Source: Camelus dromedarius
Lineage: Eukaryota
NCBI RefSeq assembly: GCF_036321535.1
Contig: NC_087436.1
Span: forward strand, 104,038,001-104,102,000
Direction of reading: 5' to 3'
Length of the DNA stretch: 64,000 nt
The translations under genes and the position numbers were made by a program. The notes beneath the pieces were generated by a model, which had not been told where the DNA came from, ran no database searches, and was given only the letters and a program-made list of their open reading frames with translations. Every line of letters begins with the position of its first letter. Within the stretch, counting starts at the first letter, position 1. Shown piece after piece: positions 51,086 through 64,000 of the stretch.

Positions 51086-52129
51086 TTAAAATGTACACCC
51101 ATTAAACAATTAGAGGCTAAAGTAGTAGTTAATCAGTTGTTAAATTAGGCAGAGCAAACTGTTACAGCAGTAACAGCAGTATGAAACCACGAACAAATTA
51201 ACAAATCACTGGGGCCAAGCCTCTTTAAACAAAGATGATATGGACTTTTTTCTTTCTTTTAAAGATAGATGCTGGCACTGAGAGGGTACTGGATTTGGGA
51301 TTATGATTAAGTGTTTATTCCTCTCACTAGTGGAGCCACAAAGGAGTTGCAGAGATAAAGAACCTGCAAGCACTAAAGGGTCCCCTCCCAGGACAGGGTT
51401 CAGCAAGAAATCCTCCATCTCGTATCATCTTTGTCACGGGTACCAAGGTTTCCGACTGTTAAGTGAATGGCCAGAATGCACCTTCTTGCTGAACAAAGGT
51501 ATAGTTATTACTCGGCATCTAGCAAAAACCTAGATGCAGAAAAGAGAAAGTCTGTTGGTTTGGAACCGAATCCTATAGCTAGAATTACAGATGCTCCAAT
51601 TTGCAAGGCAAACGTAAACACAAGGTTCCAGTTGAGGCAATCACTTCCCTTTCTTCTCAGGTTTCCTGTTCCACCTCTAAGCCTTTGCTTTCCCTTTCCT
51701 TGCCTCCCAAAAGCTGTCTTCTCTCCTTTTCTCTTGCCAAATCCTATTCAAAATCCACTTTGACTCCTTTTCCCTGACACTCCTACAGCTTGGTTTATAC
51801 CTCTTAACGTCCAAACCTCACGATTTACCATTTATTTACAGAATGCTTTTATTGTCTAATTTTCACCCATTCATGACGTCAAGCATCTGATAAGCTTTGG
51901 AATCAGATAAATCTGGCGGAAACAACACCACTTTTGAGCTGTGCGACCTGTAGACAAGTTAATCTGTCCTAGGTTTCCAGACGGGAAACTGGGGACCTTG
52001 TAATAAAGTCAGCCTCATAGGGCTGTTGGTGGCGGCGGGAGACTGAAATAACAAGTCAGCCTTTGCAGGTGCCCGGCACACAGGTACGTTGTCATCCCTG
52101 GGAAGAACTGGCCCCCAGGCTCTGGGTGT

Positions 52130-52830
52130 GTATTTTGAGCGTGTTTCGGCTCAAGAAAAGAGTATCGCACTATGCGTGGCGGTTTGATTTCATCTTCCGA
52201 CAAATCCCTTACTCCGTGGGGCACGCCCAGCACAGACGCACACCAGGATCCGTGCAGCCGGCCCGTCCCCATCCCAGAAGCAAATCCGCCCTTCTCAAGA
52301 GTCCAGCTCCTTCCCCGTCTCCTTTTTCTCCCCCTGCTCCCCCAGCACGCCGCACAGCCCACGACGCCCCACCCTCACAACCCGGAGAACCGGATCTCGT
52401 CCTTCGCGCGAGGCCAGCAGCGCGCCTGCGCCGCCTGGCAGCCTCGCGCATGCCCGCTGTCTGCGGCCGCGTTTCCCCAGGTGAGCGAGCTCTCAGGCTC
52501 CGCGGTTCCGGGACGCCGCGCTCCGCTGCTCGCCCGGCTTCCGGCTCCCACGCCGTGGGCGGCGAGTCCCGGCGCCCGGCCGGCGCGCGGTGACGTCGCC
52601 GCGTGGGCGGGCTGGCGGGGGTGGGGCGTGGAGCGCGAGCTGGGGTGGAGGTGGAAGAGTGGGGAGCTCCAGCGTGTGGCCGAGAGGCGCTTGCTTGGTC
52701 CTGCGTCTCACACCGCCCACGGAGCCTTTCCGGTCCGCCTTTGACCCAGAGGACGGTTGCAAGTAGGATTTCTCGGCTTCGACCCCGGGCCCCTGGAATA
52801 TTGGGTGCTGACTGAGCACTATCCGAAAGT
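52130..52830. promoter_or_regulatory. Second CpG island about 3 kb upstream of STIM2 exon 1 (candidate alternative or divergent promoter)
   Basis: Dense CpG cluster with NRF1-like GCGCCTGCGC at 52422-52431, GCGCATGC at 52446-52453, CRE-like TGACGTCG at 52591-52598 and G-runs at 52606-52630. Confidence 0.8.
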
Positions 52831-54204
52831 TCGCTTGGTTTGCTCATCCTGGTTAAGCCCTTCGGAGAAATGCAAATCCTGTTGTGTACCAGCTCCTTGA
52901 TGTTGTCCAGTTCATTCCCCACACAAGCTTTCAAGGGAATCGAGGTCCGGAGAACTTAGGAAACTCGTCTAAACTGATACTGCTTATTTGATGGCCCCAG
53001 ATCCAAACAGTGAAGCCTCCACATATAAATATGGTTCTCAAATTGTTGAATAAATGAAAGCACTAAAGAAAAAATGACTGTGAAAGTAACTCATTAGCAA
53101 GATTCTTTCTTCCTAAAGCCAATAAGGCATGGAATATTACCCATCTAGTTCAGTGAAGGTGGTATACCACATCATAACATTTTCTCCTTGAAAGGAGGAA
53201 GAAAGGCTCTTAAAAGAAAATCAAAAACTCTTTGAGACATTTTAATGTATTAATAAAAAATTTTTAAAACCACCTAACAGAGCAAAAGCAAGTCAACTTT
53301 GCCCACATAAGCCAAGAGACTAGGGGGTTTGTGGGGTCATTCCTTTTATTAAAGAGGATGTTTGCTCTGTTACTACTTATTTGGCAGTGTTACATGAACA
53401 TGATCACATGATATCAGATAAGCACAGTTTCTGTAAAAAGAGGAGTAGAATTGTGATGGAGATAAAAGAAGAGATACAATTGAAAATGATGAGAATTGCT
53501 TCATGTACACACAGATACACAGATGATTCCTTCAGTAGTACCAACAATTCTGAAAATGAAAAGGCAAATTATACAACAGATAAACCATGATATGCCTATG
53601 CTCCTGACAGCAAGTGACTGGAAAAGCGATTGAGGGAATGGAAAAACTTTGGAGTATGATGCAAGAGAATAAGCTTCTAAATCAGATGCCTACTACCCTA
53701 ATCCCAAATCATTTAAAAAGATGTTTTTTTTTTTTTTAGAATTTAAAGCTTAGAATGATAAAATTTTTGCTTTCAGGCAAAGTATGATTCCATGGGCTCA
53801 AAGCGCCAGTCAAAAGTTTGTAACATCTGTGAGTTCTCAGACACAAAGCTGCTAAAAGTTTCAACACTTGAAGAATTTATCTAGGAGGGAATTACCTGCC
53901 CTCAATTTCAAAGTATACAGAATAGGACCATTTTAGAAAGAGATGCCATAGAACGCACATGAACAAGGACAAGAAAAAGTAGACCAGTTTTAAAGTTTCA
54001 AAGGGTTACCCACTTTCCTCTCCTTTTGTGGAAAATTCATCTGGAAACTGCAAATTTAAGTCCCTTTCTCATTAAGTTTGAATGAATAAAAAACATGGTC
54101 ATAAGTACAGCCATTTGGAATCTAAACCCCTCATAAGGAGAGAATCCCCTGTATCTTGGTTCCAGGAAAGCCAGGTCCTCAGTGGAGGCTTATTTGAACT
54201 ATGA

Positions 54205-54390
54205 TGTCATTAAGAATATGGATTCTGGAGTTCACACAGCCATTTACTAACTGTGTGACTTTGGCCTTGTCACTAAACATCTTAATCTCAGTTTCCTCTT
54301 CTGTAAAAAGGTAATAATAATAGTACCTAGACAGGGTTGTAGCAAAGTGAAAATGGTTGTAAAGTTGCCTGGTGCATAATTAGCTATGAT
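54205..54390 (+). mobile_element. MIR SINE
   Basis: 'ccatttactaactgtgtgactttgg...ctcagtttcctcttctgtaaaa...ataatagtacct'. Confidence 0.8.
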
Positions 54391-54559
54391 TATCTAAGCC
54401 CTTAAGAGTGTTAAGGACAAGAGCTTAAATTGTGCAAAAGAGGAATGTGGAAAGAAGGAACACAAGAAAAAATATGTAAGAGCACGTTCGACAAAAATAA
54501 GCTCATAAGAGTCTTTACAGGGCCCATGCCTCAGGGTACAGTCCATGGTGACATTTGAA

Positions 54560-54758
54560 TACAGGTTCTCTAGAAAACAGAACCTGAGGTAAAGGCTTAT
54601 ATAACAATTCCTTAGGGAGTGCAACCCCAAGGAAGCAAGAGTGAGGGGCAAGGAGAGTGAGGCAGGAAAGGAGACAGGAAAAAAAAAAAAAAAAAGAATT
54701 CCTGAGTGGGCCACAAAGAGTGCTGGCTGTTCAGTCTCATGTGATTTCTCTGTAGCAG

Positions 54759-54760
<2 letters not shown>
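54560..54760. mobile_element. Old LTR fragment (LTR33/ERVL-like)
   Basis: 'ggttctctagaaaacagaacctgagg...agggagtgcaacccc' resembles LTR33-type ends as recalled. Confidence 0.4.
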
Positions 54761-54761
<1 letters not shown>

Positions 54762-54809
<48 letters not shown>

Positions 54810-54817
54810 CGCGCGCA
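54762..54817. repeat. Compound (TG)n(CG)n microsatellite
   Basis: About 20 TG units followed by about 7 CG units. Confidence 0.95.
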
Positions 54818-55239
54818 TTTTAATATTGAACCACTTGGAAAGACCTCAGAATACCATATTATGATTTGAAAGAGCTAAACCTAAAATCTGATTTCTACCT
54901 AATAAGAAATGTGGTTGGATAAATGGAAGAAAGCCACAGTAATGTACACCCACTGGAGTAGAAATGGATGGGAGAGGATCTTTGGAAAAGCTAGTGGCTT
55001 ATCATTGCAAAGTAAAAGAAAGAAGTAATAATGGCAACAAGGCTTCTAAGAATTTGATAAGTGATATTCAGTCTTTGGCTGCCAGGAAGCTTAAAGCTAA
55101 ATTTGGTGCAAGATTTTAATAATCATATAGGATCTTAAACCCATATAATAGCTTACTCTTTCCTCTCAGTTTTTATTCCTCTGTTCTATCAAAATGATCG
55201 TTTTGTACATATACAGAGTGCTGAGGGTTCAGTGTGTAC

Positions 55240-56440
55240 AATTCTCCTCTACTACACTCATTTTTTTTTATACTTTCATCCAATCTTAGAGGTTTAAATG
55301 CCATCATATTTTATTGACCCCCAGATTTATTTCTCCAGCTCAGAGCTATTGTGTGAACTCTAGACACATACTGACATCTCCACTCAAATGCTAATTGCAT
55401 CTCCGGTTCACATGTTCAAAACCCATGCTCCTAATACTCTCCTCCAAACCTGCTTCTCTTATAGCCTCCCACTCAGTGACTGAGATCCTTTCTCACATTC
55501 CCACATCTAATCACTCAGCAAATCCTGCTGACTCTACCATTTCTCATCACCTCTGCAGCTACCACTCTGGTCCAAGCAGCAATCAGCTCTACCCTGGATT
55601 ATTGCAATCACCTCTTAACTTGTTTCCATGTTTTGCCCACGCTCTCCCAAAGTCTATTCTTGGCACATCTGCTAGAGATCATGTTATTTCTCTCCTTAAA
55701 ATTCTCAAACAGCCCATTTTGCTCAGGGTAAAAGCAATAAATGGCTGACAGGGCCCTGTGTGATGTGACCCTAATTGCATCTTTGGCCTCATTTCCTATT
55801 GCTCTCCTTCTGATTCAGTCTGCAAAGGCTTTCAGTTCCCTCACTCCTGGAACAAACTAGGAACAGTATTGCCTCAGGCTTTTGCATTTGCTTTTCCTTC
55901 TTTCTGCTTTTCCTTCTTTCTGCCTGGAATGTTCTTCTAACAGATGTCCACAATGGTTGTTCCCTCCTCTATCTCCTTCAGCTCTTTGCATAAATGTTGC
56001 CTTCTCAGCAGGGCCTTCCCTGACCACTCAAATTAAAATTGCAATCCTCACATCCACCCACAGATACTTTTTGTTTTGTTTTTGTTTTAGCTATTGGGGG
56101 GAGGTGATTAGATTTATCCGTTTTATTGTTATCATTTTTAGTGGAGGTGTTGGGAATTGAACCCAGGACCTTGTGCATGCTGAGCATGCCACTCTCCCAC
56201 TAAGCTATACCCTACCCCCATCAGCCATAGACACTTTTTAACTTCCTTGCCTGTATTAGTTCTCTATAGCCCTTATCACTACCTAAAATACTATATTGTA
56301 TTTACTTGCAATATTGTCAGTGACCCCCAGCGGTATGTAAGTTCCACAAGAGTAGGCATTTTATCTCCTGAGCCTAAAAAACTGCCTGGTGGAGTAAATG
56401 TGCAATTGATATTTGGTGAATATTAAATGAATCAATGACT
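55240..56440 (+). mobile_element. L2 fragment with nested SINE
   Basis: L2 motifs 'ctggattattgcaatcacctcttaact' and 'tgcctggaatgttctt', terminus 'atatttggtgaatattaaatgaat'. Confidence 0.8.
56068..56224 (-). mobile_element. tRNA-derived SINE (camelid Vic-1-like), second copy
   Basis: Reverse complement of the same head as at 31285 (GGGGTAGGGTATAGCTTAGTGG...GGTCCTGGGTTCAATTCCC). TSD CCACAGATACTTTT (56058-56071) / CCATAGACACTTTT (56225-56238). Confidence 0.88.
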
Positions 56441-57054
56441 AAACACATAGGTCTGAAACCCACGTAGGTATTTCTGCCAAATATTAAAAAAAGGGGGAGG
56501 GTCAGGGGGAGGTGTCATCCACATATGCTGATTACTCAGAGAGAATATACAATGAGAACAATAAACAGTTGAAATCAACCTTAGGAACAGGTAGAAAAGA
56601 GGTGCAGGAAAGGAACCTAAAAACTAGCAGCAAGAATGTGTAAGAACCAGGAAAGAGGGAGTAATAAAATGGCAGACATACTTTCAAAAAGTGTGGTTAG
56701 CAGCCAATGTAGCAGAAAGATTAAGTAAGACTAGCAATGAAAAGTGTCCAAAGAAATTGTTTAGATCATCTTACACTAATATATCCAACTTGAGATGGAT
56801 AAAGCGTTGAGTGAAAAATCAGTGAAGAAATATGCTCTTGATGGGAATGAATTTTCTAAGCTCAAAATAAATTATATAATTTACAAATGTACTAACTGAT
56901 AAACTTGACTCCATTAAGATGAAGAATAGTCTCTATATCAAAAAGAAGCCTGACCAAAATGAAAAGGCTAAAATAAACTGGGAAACATATGTGCAGTAAA
57001 TTGGATAATGGGGAAATATTTTTAAATTAAAAAAAAAAACTCTTACAAAAAAGA

Positions 57055-57375
57055 CAAGCAAACTTTTTTACAAAACAGAAACAGACTCACAGACATAGAA
57101 AACAAACTTACGGTTACCAGTGTGCGAAGGGGGTAGGAAGGGATAAATTGGGAGTTTGAGATTTGCAGATACGAAGTAATACATATATAAAATAGATTAC
57201 AAGTTTCTACTGTATACCACGGGGAACTATATTCAATATCTTGTAACTTATGGTGAAAAAGAATATGAAAACGAATATCTGTATGTTCATGTATGACAGA
57301 AGCATTATGCTGTACAACAGAAATTGATGCAACATTGTAAACTGACTATACTTCAACAAAAAAAACATATACCAA
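57055..57375 (+). mobile_element. Young L1 3' UTR fragment nested in an older L1M remnant (about 56890-57680)
   Basis: 'acagaaacagactcacagacatagaaaacaaactt...aactgactatacttcaa'. An approximate TSD AAAAA(C/T)TCTTACAA is present on both sides. Confidence 0.85.
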
Positions 57376-57684
57376 AAAAATTCTTACAATAAGAAAAATC
57401 TTAAGATTCAAATATATGCATATATATATATATATGGGTGACAAACATGAACAGATATTTCACAAAAGTGGAAATATAAACAGTTGAAAATAGTCACTTG
57501 ACTAACAAATGAAGAAATAGCAAACAAACTAGTGCTAAGATTTTTTCTCCTATTAACAGAGTTAAAAAAAAATAATTATGTGAATGAAACTGTAAAAAAA
57601 AATTGTTTATGTACTGTCAGTAGGCCTAACCAGACTGTCTACTACAGTCTATTTTAGAAAGCAATTTAAAAATAGAGTGAGATG

Positions 57685-58142
57685 TTCATAATAGCCAAAA
57701 GGTGGAAACAATCCAAATGTCCATCAACAGATGCAGAAATAAAATATGGTATATATACACACAATGAAAATATTATTTAGCCTTAAAAAGGAATGAAATT
57801 TGATACCTGCTACAATGTGAATGAACTTTGAAAACATTATGCTAAGTGGAATAAACCAGACACAAAAGGATAAATATTGTGTGATTCCACTTATATGAAG
57901 GACCTAGAATAGTCAGATTCATAGAGAAAGAAAGCACAGTGGTAGTTACTAGAGTCTGGGAAAGGAGGGGTGGGAAGTTATCATTTCATGGGTAGGATTT
58001 CAATTTGGGATGATGAAGAGCTCTGGAGATGGTTAGTGGCAGTGGTTGTATAACATTGTGGTATAGCTTATGCCACTGAATTGTACATTTAAAAGTAGCT
58101 GAAATGGTAAATTTTATTTATGTGTACTTTATCACAAAAAAC
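57685..58142 (+). mobile_element. L1MB-like 3' end
   Basis: 'ttcataatagccaaaaggtggaaacaatccaaatgtccatcaac...gccactgaattgtacatttaaaa'. Confidence 0.88.
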
Positions 58143-59194
58143 AAATCTCAAAACATACATATAAAGAGCCTTAAAATGACCCAGTGACATCACTGTGAGA
58201 AGTTACTCCTGTGGGAATAAACCAAAATATAAGCAAAATGTTTATCAGAATGTATAATTGTCAAACAATTCTTTGGAAACAATAGTGGTCAAATAACTAA
58301 TGGAACGTTCCTAGTAAAGTGGAAGTCTGAGACTGGGAATCATGCATGTCATCACTCCTCACTTCATCTCCGCCACCTTCTTATGCTTGGCACATAGATG
58401 ACACCCAACAAATTTTGTTGAATTAATTGTGTATGGTGAAACATTATGTGTAAGAATATTAAGCATTTTAATGACATAGGAAATGGTTTGATATAATAAG
58501 TGAAACAAGCAGGATAAATCTCGTATGTATAATTTGATTGCAACTATGCAAAACAAGGATTCTTCTTATGTGAGATAATGAATTCCCTTATTGTTTAATT
58601 TAATCTGAGTTGAGGCTTTTTCTGACACCAGAAAGCATTCCAACTGATCCTCACGCCCACACAAGAACTTTACTCATCCAGAATTCCTCATGCTTTCCCA
58701 GAGCTTATTAAACGGAAACATGGAAAGTAGAAAAAGTAATGGTGCCATTAATAAAAGTTACCTATCAGCAAGGGTGAAACCGGGAAAATTATCTAAACCA
58801 AACACAAAAAAGCAACTGTAATATCATAAAAACACAGCTGGCAACAGACTTTAGGGTACAATCAGACAGTTTTATAGACTTCATAAGTTTTTAAGCTATT
58901 TTTATAATAATGGATATTTGTAATAATTATCTTGAGTCACTCATAACAATGCCTAATGTGTGTAATATATTCTGTTGGAGGAGACGGTGCATTATATAAC
59001 ACAGTTTAGAAAGATTTTTATTAAAATGTTTAAAACATTGAAAAGTTCCAGGACTTATGGGGGTAAACTGAAATTAAAGTCTTCTGGGAAACTCACTCAG
59101 CTGGAACTCCTCATTTCCCAATATTGTTAAAGAGAAATGAAAAGTTATTTTATTTGACAATCTAAAATTCTTGTGTTTATGTTGGAAATTGGGT

Positions 59195-59375
59195 TTTTTA
59201 AAAATCTGGAGTGCCTAATGATCACTTGGGATGGGGTGGAGGGCTTATTAAAAATGCAGTTTCCTCAATCTTTCCTCCAAAGATCCTAATATAGTGGGTC
59301 TAGGATGGGGCTTAGGTAGTGGCATTTTTAACAGACACCCCACATGATTTGGTCTGGACATTCTAAACCAGTGGA
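59195..59375. mobile_element. MER5-like hAT-Charlie remnant
   Basis: 'gggcttattaaaaatgcag...gggtctaggatgggg...gcatttttaacagacacccc'. Confidence 0.6.
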
Positions 59376-59604
59376 ATCAAGCTATACAGACTTAATTTAG
59401 AAATTACTAGTGAGTTCTCTGTTTTACCAAGCCTCCGGCTCCGAACATATTAATGCTTGCTATTAAAAAGTAGATATTAATAGGTAGATAATCTCATTTC
59501 TTAGATTGAAGGAAAGTACTAACCTACCCAAAATACCTGCTGGATTTTTAAGGCAATTGTGAATCACACCTGTATTGACTTCAGTTATGATTTTATGATT
59601 CTGC

Positions 59605-60432
59605 TTTTTTAACTGAAGTATAGTTGATGTACAAAATTATATGTTACAGGTGTACGACCTAGTGATTAACAATTTTTAAAGGTTAGACTCCCTTTATAGC
59701 TATTATAAAATATTGGGCTTATTTTATACATTATAGTTTGTACCTCTTAATACCCTACTCCTAAATTGCCCCTCCCCCTTCCCTCTCCCCACTGGTAACC
59801 ACTAGTTTGTTCTCTGCATCTATGAGTCTGTTTCTTTTTTGTTAATATTCACTACTTTGTTGGATTTTTTTTAGATTCCACATATAAGTAATGTCATACA
59901 GTATTTGTCTTTCTTTTTCTGACTTATTTCACTTAGCATAATGCCCTCCAGATCTGTTCATGTTGTTGCAAATGGCAAAATTTCATTCTTTTTTTATGGC
60001 TGAGTAGTATTCCATTATGTATATATACCACATCTTCTTTATCCATTCACCTTTTAATGGACACTTAGGTCTCTACCATATCTTGGCTAGGCTATTGGAA
60101 ATAGTGCTGCTGTGAACATGGCGGTGAGGAGGGGTTGGAATGTGTATCTTTTTGAATTAGTGTTTTTCTTTTTTTCAGATATGTACCCTGGAGTGGAATC
60201 GCTGGGTCATAAAGTAGTTCTAGTCTCAGTTTTCTGAGAAACTTCCATCGCGTTTTCCACAGTTGCTGCACCAATTTAATTCCCACCAAAAGTGTACAAA
60301 GTTCCCTTTTCCCATCCTTGCCAACATTTGCTATTTGTGTTCTTTTTAATGATGGCCCTTCTGACAGGTGTGAGGTGCTATCTCATTGTGGTTTTGATTT
60401 GCATTTCCCTGATGATTAGCAACGTGGAGCAT
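59605..60432 (-). mobile_element. L1 3' end
   Basis: Reverse L1 3' UTR and ORF2 C-terminus (..LWKTRWKFLRKLRLELLYDPAIPLQG..). Confidence 0.92.
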
Positions 60433-60995
60433 ATAATTTTGTTCTTAACTGTAAAGAACTCTTGCTCTGCTATTACTAAAGTTTAAAGTTTGAGTTAACA
60501 ATAGACCTTGTCGCAGAGTTCATATTTAATGTTGATAAAAATGTAATATATTTTGTTAATGGTCTTTGGTGTCAATACAACATTTTATGATAGTGTTTTC
60601 TCCAGGGTGCTTGGCACCATCTCGCCTTTCTCTGACTCCTTAAGTAGTTTAGTCCCAATATCTGGTACTAGATTTGTAGGATACTGGGAAAAACATGCAG
60701 TGAATATAGAAGTCTTGATCAAATGTATGCTATGACTAAAAATTTGAGGAGACATGAATATACTTGGACATGGCATTGATATTTTTTCCCTGAGAGGACT
60801 TAAAGCATGAAGCTTTAAATGTCACAATACTACTTACATGATGAATATAAAATAGTCAAACTCTTAGAAACAGAGGGTAGAATGGTGGTTGCCAGGGGCT
60901 GCGGGGAGGGGCCAACAGTGAGGGATTAGCCGAAGGGTGTAAAGTCTTCATTATACAAGATGAATAAGTCCTAGAGATCTGTACATCATAGCCTA

Positions 60996-61775
60996 TTTTT
61001 TTTAGTTTTATATATATATATATATATTTTTTTTTATTGAAGTAGAGTCAGTTTACAATCTTGTATCAGTTGCTGGTGTACAGCATAATGCTTCCATCAT
61101 ACATGAACATACATATATTCCTTTTCATACTCTTTTTCACCATAACTTACTACAAGATATTGAATATAGTTCCCTGCGCTATACCGTAGAAACTTGTTGT
61201 TTATCTATTTTATATATAGTAGTATTTGCAGATCTCAAACTCCCAATTTATCCCTTCCCAACTCCTTCACACCCTGGTAACCATAAGTTTGTTTTCTACG
61301 TCTGTGAGTGTTTCTGTCTTGTAAATAAGTTCTTTATCTTTTTTTTTCTTATATTCCACATATAAGTGATCTCATATGGTATTTTTCTTTCTCTTCCTGG
61401 CTTACTTCACTTAGAACAATGTTCTCCAAGGACATCCATGTTGCTGCAAATGGTATTATTTTATTATTTGTGGTGCCTGAGTAGTACTCCATTGTATAAA
61501 TATACCATAACTTCTTTATCCAGTCATCTGTTGATGGACATTTAGGTTGTTTCCGTGTCTTAGCTATTGTAAATAGTGCTGCCATGAACATTGGGGCGCA
61601 TGTAGCTTTTTGAATTAAGGTTTGCTCTGGATATATGCTCGGGAGTGGGATTCCTGGGTCATATAGGAAGTCTATTTTTAGTCTTTTGAGGAACCTCCAT
61701 ACTGTTTTCCATAGTGGCTGCACCAAACTACAGTCCCACCAGCACTGTGTGAGGTTCCGTTTTCTCCACAGCCTA
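60996..61775 (-). mobile_element. Young L1 3' end inserted into an older plus-strand L1MA remnant (about 60845-61885)
   Basis: Minus-strand ORF 61349-61801 ([20 protein letters not shown]...KQPKCPSTDDWIKKLWYIYTMEYY) is the L1 ORF2 C-terminus. Confidence 0.93.
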
Positions 61776-62204
61776 ACGTAACGGATAAGTTTATGGTGCA
61801 AAATGCGGTGGTGTTTTCATGGATATATACTTATCTCCAAACTCATCAAGTTATGTACATTAATTAAGTACAGCTTTGTGTGTCAAAACATCTTTAAAAA
61901 TAAAAATTATTATGTTAATGCTTTCCAAAAAAATTTTAATTCAGGAATTATTGCATTACTCATTATTTCCATTATATAATGTTTTTGCAAGTGGCAAATA
62001 ATATTTTTTTCTGCTTCTCTTTCTGTTTTTCTTCTTCATGAGCTGTCTGTGCTTGAAATGAGCCTCTAGCCACAGAGATATGGGGTCTGCCTCCATTTTC
62101 TGTCCCTCTGGGCCCAGGTATCCCCAGAAAAGAGGCTGTTCCATACAAGATTCTGCTTTTTCTGGTGCCCATAAATTCTGTCTTATTTTTCCCTGCACCA
62201 TCTA

Positions 62205-62830
62205 ATCATTTACTGAGAGTCTCCAACATTTTATGCAAGACATAAAAAAATAGATAAATACATATACCCTGCTCTTGATTTGCTCACAGTCTAGTAAGGG
62301 AGACAGACATATAAATGAATAATCACAATACAGCATAATAGATATAAAAGCAGGCTATAGGGTCATAGGAAAAGGAATGACTAATTATTCCTGGGCAATT
62401 ACAGAAAGGCTTCTTGGAGAAGGTAATATGGGACCTGGGGTTTGAAGGGGCATTCAAGAGGGACTCCAGGCCCATGTACCATGTGTGGACGTGGAGACGT
62501 GAGCGGGCCTGGGATGTTTGGTAGAACAGATAGAACTTGATGACCAGTTGGATATTGGATATTGAGCGAAAGGAAAGAATTGAAAACATTTCTAAGATTT
62601 CATTCAATCATTTAACAATTTTATTACCCACTCTGTTACAAGAGAGTGAGTAGATGATATTCCATTAACAGAAAAAGGAAATATATGGGGAGAAGCCGTT
62701 TAGGGGGATGAGATCAGATGAGAATATGTTGAGTTGAGTTGCCTGCAAAACCTCCAGGGGCACAGGCCCAGTGTGCCATCAGAAATGTGGGTCTGCAATT
62801 GGGGTAGAGCGTGGTCCAGGCTGAAGATGA
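62205..62830 (-). mobile_element. L2 fragment
   Basis: 'gctcacagtctagtaagggagacagaca...gaaggcttcttggagaaggt...tgttgagttgagttgcct'. Confidence 0.7.
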
Positions 62831-62849
62831 ATGGTAGGAGCTGTCAGCA

Positions 62850-63952
62850 AATGCAGGCCTGGACATGACCAGAGACACAAATTGGGGGGCCTGGTGAAAA
62901 TGAAAATGTGGGCCCCCTTGTTCACAAAGCGGGAAAAAGATGGCACCAAAGTTATCAAATATACTAAGGTATTAAAATACAAAGCATTTTCCTTTCTTCC
63001 ACAGTCTCTCAACATGTCATGGTGGTTTTTCATTTGCTATTTAATGTTCTTCTAAATAAATAAAAATTGTAAATCACTGGCATGAATTTTACCATTCATT
63101 TTTATATTGTGCAACGCTGGTTCTAAATGTAGATATCAGAATGGTTAACTGTTCTATGTATGTGGAGTCACTGAAATTATGCAATCCCTATTTCTGGCTG
63201 GACCCTGGAGGGTGCCCTAAGCTGACCAAAAGAAATGAACACTAGCCAGGTTCAGGGAAGTGAGGAGGAAGAAAATGTTCCCCCAGGCACAGTGTGGGCC
63301 CAAAGGATCTGGGGATACTTGCAGGGTGAGTTCAGAGCCTCGGAGGTGCCCAGGATTCCTCCTTGGGACTGGCAAGGTCTGCATGTACTTGAACCTGATG
63401 GCTGCCATGTTTCCACAGGCCAGCTGTCCCAACCCATAGCAGATAGGTGACCCTAAGCAGATAGTTCAACCTCTGTTCAAGGATGTGCTGGGTATTTGGA
63501 TCAAAGATGGTGAGAGGTCAGCCAATCACCCACTGAATTTGAGCTGCAGTGTTGCCAGCCTGCAGTGGGAACAGCCTCCACTGCCTGACCTGAGACGCCA
63601 CTGGTTGTGATCTCCACCCTCCTTGCTCCTGTGCTCAGATCCCTGCCAGTGTGGAGACCAGGAGCAGTGGGGAGCGGGGAGTAAGGGGAGAGCAAGCAGG
63701 ACCCAAGGTGCAAGGGTCAGAGAGCCACGTGGCCAAGAGCCCTTCCCAGGGAGGCAGAGGAGAAAAGACTGAACTTAACCTGAGATGCCAAGCCCTCAGC
63801 ACATACTCCTGTTGTCCTATCAGACTTCACTTGCAAAACACAAGTTCAAAGACATCAGAAGAATGTAAAGACAGCAGCTGCATGGCATGAAACCCCAAGT
63901 GTGGGGACCCTTTGCAATTATACTAATTGAAAACACTCAGAATCAGCCATAG
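62850..63952. mobile_element. Probable hAT-Tip100 (MER45-like) DNA transposon remnant
   Basis: 'aaaatgaaaatgtgggcccccttgttc' near the left end and 'aagtgtggggaccctttgcaatt' near the right end resemble MER45-family sequence as recalled. Terminal inverted repeats are degenerate. Confidence 0.4.
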
Positions 63953-64000
63953 GCTTATGACATTGCCCAAGAGGATAAGAAAATAGAAGACCAAGAAGGA

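Noticed and set aside
52015..52934. Overlapping 108-241 aa ORFs on both strands
   Set aside because: Expected from stop-codon scarcity in a CpG island. They are low-complexity Arg/Ala/Gly/Pro sequences with no recognisable domain.

Overview
Mammalian genomic DNA, most likely a camelid, judged from two tRNA-derived SINEs resembling the camelid Vic-1 family. The only protein-coding feature is the 5' end of STIM2, the ER Ca2+ sensor of store-operated Ca2+ entry, on the minus strand. Its coding exon 1 (49307-48899) lies in a CpG island, and intron 1 runs through the rest of the window toward base 1; I did not find exon 2. A second CpG island sits about 3 kb upstream (about 52.1-52.8 kb). The remainder is AT-rich and repeat-dense: a decayed ERV-L provirus with nested insertions, many L1, L2 and MIR fragments, MaLR LTRs, hAT remnants and microsatellites. 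I see no convincing undescribed multi-gene system. The best leads are in the STIM2 5' leader: a weak AUG with a downstream CUG at the position of the human non-AUG start, a GGC-repeat poly-Gly uORF ending at a U15 tract stopped in all three frames, and a candidate cryptic splice acceptor that would remove the AUG. There is also a chimeric L1-derived insertion flanked by a target-site duplication (TSD). Repeat names and boundaries were assigned by eye and are approximate.
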